A stretch of DNA of 64,000 nucleotides from Balanoglossus misakiensis (lineage: Eukaryota > Animalia > Hemichordata). A program made the position numbers and the translations under genes. Below, in pieces: positions 55,401 to 64,000 of the stretch (positions are counted from its first letter, which is position 1; the number at the start of each line of letters is the position of its first letter). The notes below the pieces were generated by a model that worked only from the letters and a program-made list of their open reading frames with translations, made no database searches and was not told the origin of the DNA. The stretch covers positions 11,229,166 through 11,293,165 of the forward strand of contig CM082578.2 in NCBI GenBank assembly GCA_040954595.2, written 5' to 3'.

Positions 55401-56093
55401 GGCAGCCTGTAGTAGAAGGCGACGGAGATTCCCCCAAAGGTATATATATACAGTAGTACTAGTTTTTAAAAGTTCGGTGTACGTATTATTGACAACACCC
55501 AACGCTGTCGTCAACAGGCACTGAAGTGCTGGGTTCTTGCAACGGTTCACTTGTTCTCACAAGTTTAGCAACAGAGATATGCACACCATCCAAGCTATGT
55601 CATTCATGCAAATACCCCAACTTGTAAGGGAAATAGCAGCCGGTGGAAGGGTTTGCAAGGAATGTCCAACTAAACCCAACTTTCCGCAAAGCCTCTCAAC
55701 AAAGACTCTTGCTTGCGTGCTTGGCGGGTACGTGTGACGGTTTGACTGTCATGTGAGTGAGTGACTCCCAGCTAAAGAGGCAAGACGGATCGTATGTCAG
55801 TGCTCTCTGGGGGCGATGACATCATCCCCGTATCAAATGTCAATGCATGCAAAACGCTGCCTACTGCTGGTTGGCCTGTTAGGTTAATTAATTCTGACAA
55901 AGTTTTCGTGAATTTCGTGACTTCTTATGCATCTGGGACTGAATCAAGTCCTCAGATGAACCTGATGACATACCCACCATCCCTTATGAGGACACATTTT
56001 CACCAGAATTGGTCTCTATTTTGTGGGCCTTCTGGAGAAAACATGATACCATCTGAATGTATGAATTGCTATTCACGGTGTGGATTGTATCAT

Positions 56094-56129
<36 letters not shown>

Positions 56130-56190
56130 CGATGATGATGATGATGACAACGACGATGAGGAAGGTGATGGTCACGACGACTACCACTAC
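56094..56190. repeat. (GAT)n microsatellite with degenerate flank
   Basis: Long gatgatgat run. Confidence 0.95.
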
Positions 56191-59100
56191 GGTTTGGTCC
56201 AACTCCACTGTTTTCAATAGCAATGCCGGACCCTTATAGAGGGAAATGGGGTGATAGGGTTTTAATCCCTGGTGACCTATGACATCATTCTGAACTTCCG
56301 GGCTTGGTTTGTGTACATGTATACCCTGGTACACATGCAATCACGTCCACAACTGCATGTATGTGATCCTGATATTCTGACTATGTACATTGTAAGCTGA
56401 CTCTTGGCACCGTTGCTGCACGATGTACTCCCAAAAATTCTACGTCAGTAATTATCTTTCTAATTCACGGAGACAAGCGCCTACATCACTATTTGGACCA
56501 CTTCAAGCATGCAGACTTTCGCTAGCTAGCTGACGTAATAAGCCAAATAGCAAACGTTACGTACGCAGGTCCTCTGACATGTTGTCAATAACTCTCTCTG
56601 CTGCTTTTGGAATACTATGTGGTTACATCTCAAAAGGCGAATACCCTCACAAAACCATTATTATTGTATCGCGTATGGTCTATAAATATATGCGAATAGA
56701 TTAAAAAGCTCGTTTTGATAACAGTTCTGACAGAAATAGAAACCATAAAGCAGCATTCACAACAGACACATAAAAGTGGCTTTTAAAATGCTGGCACTGC
56801 GCCAGGAAATATGACTGCCGCCAAATTATGAAAGGGCTTTGGCCTCAACTAACCCCCACCTTAAACATCCACAATGTACACGTATATGAATGCATCAAAT
56901 GATTATATGAAGTATTGCACTGAGGACAAACTAGGCAAAAGTAGTCCTGAACATAATGGCCAGGCCTTCAGATTGGTGCAAACAAAATTTGAAAATATAC
57001 ATGTATGCAAAATAATGTTTCAAAATGTAACACTGCCACTGCTTTATACAGAAATACAGAAAGTGTCTTGATGGTCAATGCAGGCTGAAGGTTTTCTAAA
57101 AATATCCAAAGACTTTGGAGAAAATACCCGTAATTTTTCACCCACCACCGACAAGGCTGTGATCTCCGAAATCAGTCTGACATATCTCAGATGGATGTAA
57201 TACTGTGACGATTTCCACACATCATGTGGCGCGAACTGTTCAAGGGTAAACCAATCACTGGGGTTCATTAAAAGTTCCCCCGCCAGCACGCCCTGTTTAA
57301 GACCAGCAATGTGGAGTTCAAATGCGCCACGCATCGTTGGCATACTGGGAATCTCAAAGCCTCTTCTCACGATGGACAAACCGTCATAGCTGGCATGGCA
57401 AAGCTGTGAGTGTACTTGAATGCAGATGCAACACTGCCCGTAGGTAAAATGAAAACCATGCATTTCTCCGGCGTGCTAGATATCGCAAATTTTCATACAT
57501 TCTGAGTCAGCTTATGTTGTTTTGACCACTGAAATGTATTACCGGGTACATCAGATATAATTTGTCACTGCAGAACTTTGGGGGGGGGATTCAATTATAC
57601 AAGACATGTGTGGTGTGCATAGGGACAGTTAGATTTTAGCCACAATAATAATGTTCTAAATGCATTCTTGATGAGTGGTGATAGTTTTCCAAGGGTGTCA
57701 ACTTGGAGCAGTCTGGCCTTCTATTCACAGAAGAGGTACTTGGATTTTTGGACAAGTTCTGTGATCCAAACTTTGAGTAATGATTGACAGGTCAGCAATG
57801 AAAGTGGGTCATGTTTTGGCCAGGTTTCAGATGTATATTAGGTTAGGGTTCACAGATGACACCCCAGCTGCTCTGATATTCTCCACCGCCAAGCCCGATT
57901 ATTTGCCTCAAATGATATTTTTTGCATATTTCATCTATGCCTGGTATGATCAGACTGCAGCGGACGGCCATCCTAACCCCGGCACAGTTTATGAATGTTG
58001 GAATTTTCCAACTTGTGCCGAAATCTTCTGCCACATTCTTGACATGCGAGGAATAAGTGTCAATTAAAAACCGTCGCTGGTTTCAAACCGTGCTTACAAG
58101 CGAAGGCAGTAATTTTTAGAGGTTTTTGCATCCACTATAATTTTTATATTAATGACAAATAATAATGTATGAGCGTGGACTCCAACGCTTTATGAGCCAT
58201 TTGATGACGTATCATTTTCATCGTGATTAAGCGTTCTGAACATCATTCTATGACATTTCTACGGCGAATTCTTGGACTGTTCCAAACCTGAATCACCTCC
58301 AAGTTATGGGAACAACATTTATAGCCCAACTCCTACAAATCACCTTTCAATAAGCAGACACATAACCACATCTGAAAGAGCCCATTCGGGTATCATCTGC
58401 ATGTTGGAACTTAAAAACATCACCATTAAAAAATTGCAAAAAAAAAAAAAAACCAAAGGCAAAAACAAATACTAGTATATCATACACTTTATTGGCCATT
58501 AGATAAAAGCGCTGATTCTCCGAAATCAAATTGATGAGGACATAACGATGAGTTTACACTGGCTGCACTGGTATGAAGTCCTGGTGCCTGGAGATGATGT
58601 TTCAATTCATCAACAAATTCACCACAAGTCTGCTCAAACTGCAGCTCACAATGCAATGCTGTGGTTTTTACAAAGTATACAGACATTGTCCGCTTCACTT
58701 AACACGTCAGTCTATATTAAACGACACGGGCCATGCCGTGTCTGATGTCACACTGGTTTTGTGGAGGTACACTGGCACACACGTGTAGTCTACATGCAGG
58801 TTCTGTTTGTGACTTCTGGCCAAATCAACCCAAACATTCAGCTATACAGCATTGCACATTCAATTATTGTCAGGGTACAGGTGATTCATACACTCAGGTG
58901 GATTGTATGAGAGAATACACTGCAGAAAAGCAAGCAAGATCCGCATATTCTTAAGGGAAAATATCAACCACAGGAACCTTAACAGTAACACTGAAGAGAT
59001 TTCACAAAGCTGGAGTTACCACTTTAAGTATATGCATATGCTTGTCATGAACAGTGTACTGTACTAAGTGTGAAAATAACTTTGCATTCCCTCTAACAAT

Positions 59101-62100
59101 GTTTACAGAAGGTTAATTTAAAAGGAAACTCATCCGGTTGCCATCACGACGGCGAGAAAAACGATGCATGCAGTTTACTAATCGTACAGGAAGTATTTCC
59201 AAATGACGCCTTGTATGTTTATCTAGATGAAAGGTAGCCTCGTAGCCTTGTTCGTGCTAATTCAATGAAATGAGACACCCCCATTCCCAATTCAGGTTTT
59301 ATATATAGCTTATTGCAACCAGAGATGCTGTGCTGTGAATAAAAAAAAATATAAGAATGATAGACATACAAGGCTGTTTGGGGATGTGTCAACAGACGTT
59401 AACCAGAATCCTGACACGTATAACAGTTACTGTGCAAAATCTGTAATTGTCAGAGGAAAATCGCTTTTAATAACTACAGGGAACACTGTTAGGACAATTA
59501 TAATACATCATACAAATCAGAAGATTAATTTCTCAAAAAAGATTGTTTTTTCCAAATTATCCGTTCCATCTTTATGTTTAATACAGGACCAGTACTTGAT
59601 ATCTCCTCCAAGAATGGTTGCCTTATTGGTGAGCACAATTTACATGTATCTCTGATAACTTTTACAAGTGTCGGTGATAAGTGTCAAATCCGATGCCAAC
59701 ATGATATTGCCGTTGTATTACAAACACCTTAACTGTCACTCTAAGCCATCACATCTCATCAGTTGCTTGGAATCCATGCAATACTGTTTTCCCTGGACGG
59801 TTACACTCTCACGGGAACCCAGCAGTCCCTCGGCCAATAATCTCACAATTCTAAATTAATTAATGAGAGATATCTGAAACATTCAGGCGCTTCCAGGAAT
59901 TTGCTCTGATGTCACGCCGCCGCCAGCCCAGTCCTCGGCAGATAAGACCCCATCTTCTTCACTGTCAATATCTCCGACCAAAAAACCTTCTAAACCACAA
60001 GAAAGATCCAGAGAAAACAAACAATCTCCCTGAGCAAATAACTGAAAGATGTTGAATTTACTAACAAGACATCAAAAACAATTCATTAATAGTATCCTTG
60101 AGGGGGAATCACCTCCCGTTCGGATAACACGCTGTCTAAACACAGCCACTGTCTTCGGTTGTCAACTGTGCCACTGTAAGTTTGATTTGTAAACAAAAGG
60201 CCAAATCAGTCTGAGACTGATTCTTAATTACTAAAACAATATTTGTGATTGGACTGTGGGAAAATAATTTCAGTGGCTTCTAATATGTGAAGAGGTGGTG
60301 GTGACCTTATGGAACAGAGTGAGAAAGAGACTGCAGTACTGGTAGGCCACCACTGAAAAATTCTAACGTGTTTCAATGTCACAATAAAGGACAGGGGATT
60401 CAGAGTACCCAATATGCACTATCCTTAAGTTTTGTTTGGTATAAATAGTTGAATTTTTGGTCTTTGTAATACGGAGTGTTGACCGTGTTTATTTTTGCCC
60501 TGTTGGTATTCATGTATGTATTCATAAACAAATATTTACATGATATACAAAATATAAACAACACAGAGTTGGCGCTGTATGCAATCTCGAACCACTTCCA
60601 CACACGATACAAAGTATGGCGTATGCAATTACACAGCAGAAACGATCGTTTCACGTGTGAAATGAAATATGCGATAAGCGAGCCCGGATCAGTGGCGAGG
60701 GCCATCCAAAAGCTATCACTAATACCAGGGATCAGGCACAGTCAAGGCTGCCGCATGTCTTGTCAGGCCACTGATAAGGACGGGAATCTGATGGTTTCAA
60801 GATGCCGGCGCCCCCTTCTGCAATATTCCATGTTCCTCCGGTTGTTTGCGTTATGCCGGATGATGAGTGGCAGGTCTGCTGTCAGCGCGCGGAGAAGACG
60901 GCGATCCGGTTATAAGCACTTAATGCAAGTTACGAGAGTGCGAGGAAGAGGAGAGGGGAGATAATTTTCCCAGAGTGTTCCGTTATATCCAAAGGAAGGA
61001 ATTCACATGGAGTTGGCATGCGTGGCAGGAGTCATGGGTTTCATAAATCTTGGCGTTTACGTGGCACTGGTGTAAAGAGTAACTTCAGCGATGCAATTCA
61101 CTGGCAATCATTCAATATGACGCTGGAATTTTGACAATTCAAAGAATCACAACATCTAACACGCCTTACACAACAAGCCAGTGTCAAATTCAAATCTCCA
61201 CTTCCCATAACTCATTGAGGGCACTTTTTGGCAAACAAATATATTTTTATGACAAATCCCAAAGCAGAATTGTCAGTCAAGATCATGAGAAACACACATC
61301 AAAATGGAAACTAAATTCATTCACTCAGACACCTAGTATTGCTAGCTAGCACTGTAAAGAGATGGACTTAAAACAAAACTTCTGAGAAATTCTGCATACA
61401 TTAATAATGTCTGAAAAATAAACAGCATGATCTATAGGTGAGAACTTGCTAGTGCGATGCCACATATGGCAAAAAGAAAACAAAGTTGTAAAACCAGCGT
61501 GACAGCAACACCACTGGCGGCATGTAACTTGAAGTGTTCATGTATAGTTATGTACAAGTGCCATTGGAGGAAGGGAAAAATGCTCTGTTGACAGTAATCA
61601 TAACTCATGGAAGCATTCATTGAAAACCCCACTGAATGGAATATTCCCACAGACATACCATCCATTCCTTCCGTCACCAATATTCCTTCAAAACAGCTAT
61701 CAATTTCCCAACAAGAATTCTGCATTTACATTCCATTTCTGGGTCTGTGAGAACATCTCTTACATGGGAAAGAAATATAAAAGAGCGACTTCCCACGCAT
61801 TTCATCGCAGTCCGCCGAAACATCGCACCGTCAAGAGAGAGAGATCAAACCACTTCGAACAACTTGCTGCCAGTCTCCTCGGAATGCCGCCGTACGGCCC
61901 AAGCAGGTCAGCTACACACAGCAAACTCATTAAACAGAAATATAAGTCCACGACAATCAATCGGTGAATCAACAAATGCTGGCAAATAAATGGGCGAAGG
62001 AAACACTAGAAATGCCATGACTCTTAGATAAGCACGTCCCGTCAGTGATATACACGCACAGCCACTTTGAAAAACACACCAGTACATGATTTGTAACTTT

Positions 62101-64000
62101 AAGTTCAATCCAACAAAAGTGCAAGGTTGTTTGTACTGCGGTAACGTACACATACATCACTGCATCCTGTTTCATCTGTCCCATCCCATCCCGATCCATC
62201 TTTCTGTCAGTCACGCATACAAGTTCCACTTCATGTGCTCAGACTCTAAACTACACTGTGTAAAAAAGCCTTGGTATTTTTTCGTTCTATCTTTCCTTTC
62301 AACAAACAATTTCAAATACACACTGCCTTATGAAATACGTCAGTAGCTCGCTTGACAATTTAGAACACAGCTGTACAAAAAACGGGTTAATTGGTCTAAA
62401 CCTGAGAAGCCACTGGACGAGATGACTTAATCTGCGGAGGGGGGGGGGGGGGGGGCAGCCGGACAGCTCTGATGGGATACATCACCAAACAGGGATACAT
62501 GTACAAATGTATTACATCACAAATTTGGGGTACCGGTAATACATCATCAAAAGGGGGGCTGAGACTTAATACCACATCACAGAATGAACAACCTCCACCA
62601 AAGAGTGTCTAACGTCCACCTCCCGGTCTACTCCCCCCATTTCCGAGTAAGTGGAGCCCACTCAGCATATTAGGTGAGAAATTATCGAGTGAATGTAACA
62701 CTGTCACCGCAGCGTACCATATCGAGATTCCCGGCCACAAGTCATCCCACCCCCCGATGCAAGTAACACCGGGTGAACTGTGGAAGAAATTTCCTATTTA
62801 AGGAAGAGGATCTCTCGTAAACAAGAACGGATGCATATCTGCTGGTGTATTCGTGGAATCTTGGGTTAAGCCCCTTACACTGCATCAGGCGTAAACATCC
62901 ACCTCGGCCGAACGAACGAACGTGTTCATTCCTTCCCGCCACAAATTTACTGCCATTTTTTTTTTAATTGACTTTTGAACTTTTGTGGATGGCCACAAAG
63001 GGGCAACAGGATACGATTAAGATTTTGATGGTATGTCTTACAACTGGATACTCGACTTGTACTACAGAAGTTTGTTAATCTGGTGAAAAGGTACACCCAA
63101 ATCTAAATTGCTGGGAGTGACAATTACCCTAATCGCTGAGCTACGTGTGAATGGAACTTGCTCGTTCAGTGATAAAGGTAGTCACTCTCGCATGCAACAA
63201 CTTGCAGCCACAGAAATTCTTAAAAAAAGATATCAAAGATACACTGGCATTCCAGGTGTATGTAACCATGACAACAGACCTGGTAAAGTACTACATGTAC
63301 AGTACCAGTAATGGACACGTCACAGTGATGCCGTTTCATTGAAAACGGCACAGCAGCAGATGTATGTTCCAAGTACCCTGCAGTCAATCAGAGAAAAAAT
63401 GTTGTTGATTCTAAATGAGTGCCAATCTGTCAGGTGCAAGGCTATAGGGCCATATCTCAATTATCACCTGCAAGACAAAACCAATATAGAACGTGGTAAA
63501 GCAAGATCCAAAAAGAGAAAACATTTTGATCCATCAGCATACAGTATGTCACTTCACTCAAACATTCTTTATGTGTGATGGCGGCCCTCTCCGGAACAAT
63601 ATACGTCACACTTCATCTGCATCTGATAGAGTACACACAGTCCAGAATCCCCAACTCCATTGACGTCTTGTTGCGTGAAGCCAAAATCACCACCGAGCCT
63701 CACACACTTTTAAAAAATCCTGAATGGACTGGCATCTTCACCAGTACCATATATAGTATTACTATAAGGGCTGGTTCAATATGGAAGTTGTGTACATGTT
63801 CTAGATGATAACAAATGTTTCATTTTTAGAAATATCAGTCTAATTGATGTGGAGTCAGGAGTTATTTACTACGGGAACCATGGGAATAGGGTAGCCACGT
63901 ACTTGGTCATGTGCCAGCGCTGCGCTTGACATCGCCCCGGTAACAGAGAGGCCAGAAATCTTCAATGTGAGTTGTATAGGGACAGACAGAGGCCTAACCA

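Noticed and set aside
55984-56340. Poly-Ile/Val and poly-Met ORFs
   Set aside because: Translations of the (GAT)n microsatellite.
60476-60964. 162-aa ORF with a hydrophobic N-terminus
   Set aside because: Non-ATG start, no family motif and no supporting exon structure.
63900-63932. Possible VGLL4 first exon (ATGTCAAGCGCA...CAA|gtacgt on -)
   Set aside because: The donor is phase 0, incompatible with the phase-1 GEAALR exon.
1-64000. Prokaryotic-type systems (CRISPR arrays, operons), tRNA or rRNA genes
   Set aside because: The sequence is intron-containing animal DNA; no repeat-spacer arrays or structural RNA genes were recognised.

Overview
Eukaryotic (animal) genomic DNA with GT-AG introns. 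The gene content and conserved ATG7-VGLL4 linkage suggest an invertebrate deuterostome-like genome, but this is inference and the species cannot be read from the sequence. In order: (1) the 3' two-thirds of an SLCO/OATP transporter (+). (2) Two tandem HSD11B1L-like short-chain dehydrogenase genes (+). The second is followed by three extra intact, phase-compatible copies of the catalytic last exon that have no 5' exons of their own, giving a candidate 'constant N-half + switchable catalytic/substrate-binding last exon' system with four alternative last exons. (3) A GEX1/Kar5/Brambleberry-family nuclear-fusion gene (-) whose C-terminal tail carries an AT-hook. (4) A short tandem paralog of that gene (-) that keeps the transmembrane block and coiled coil but lacks the Cys-rich luminal domain, lying head-to-head with ATG7. 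(5) A complete 18-exon ATG7 (+). (6) VGLL4 (-), convergent with ATG7, whose large introns and upstream region fill the rest of the window. Several short non-autonomous DNA transposons and microsatellites are present. Exon boundaries were read by hand from splice signals and checked for reading-frame phase; no database searches were run.
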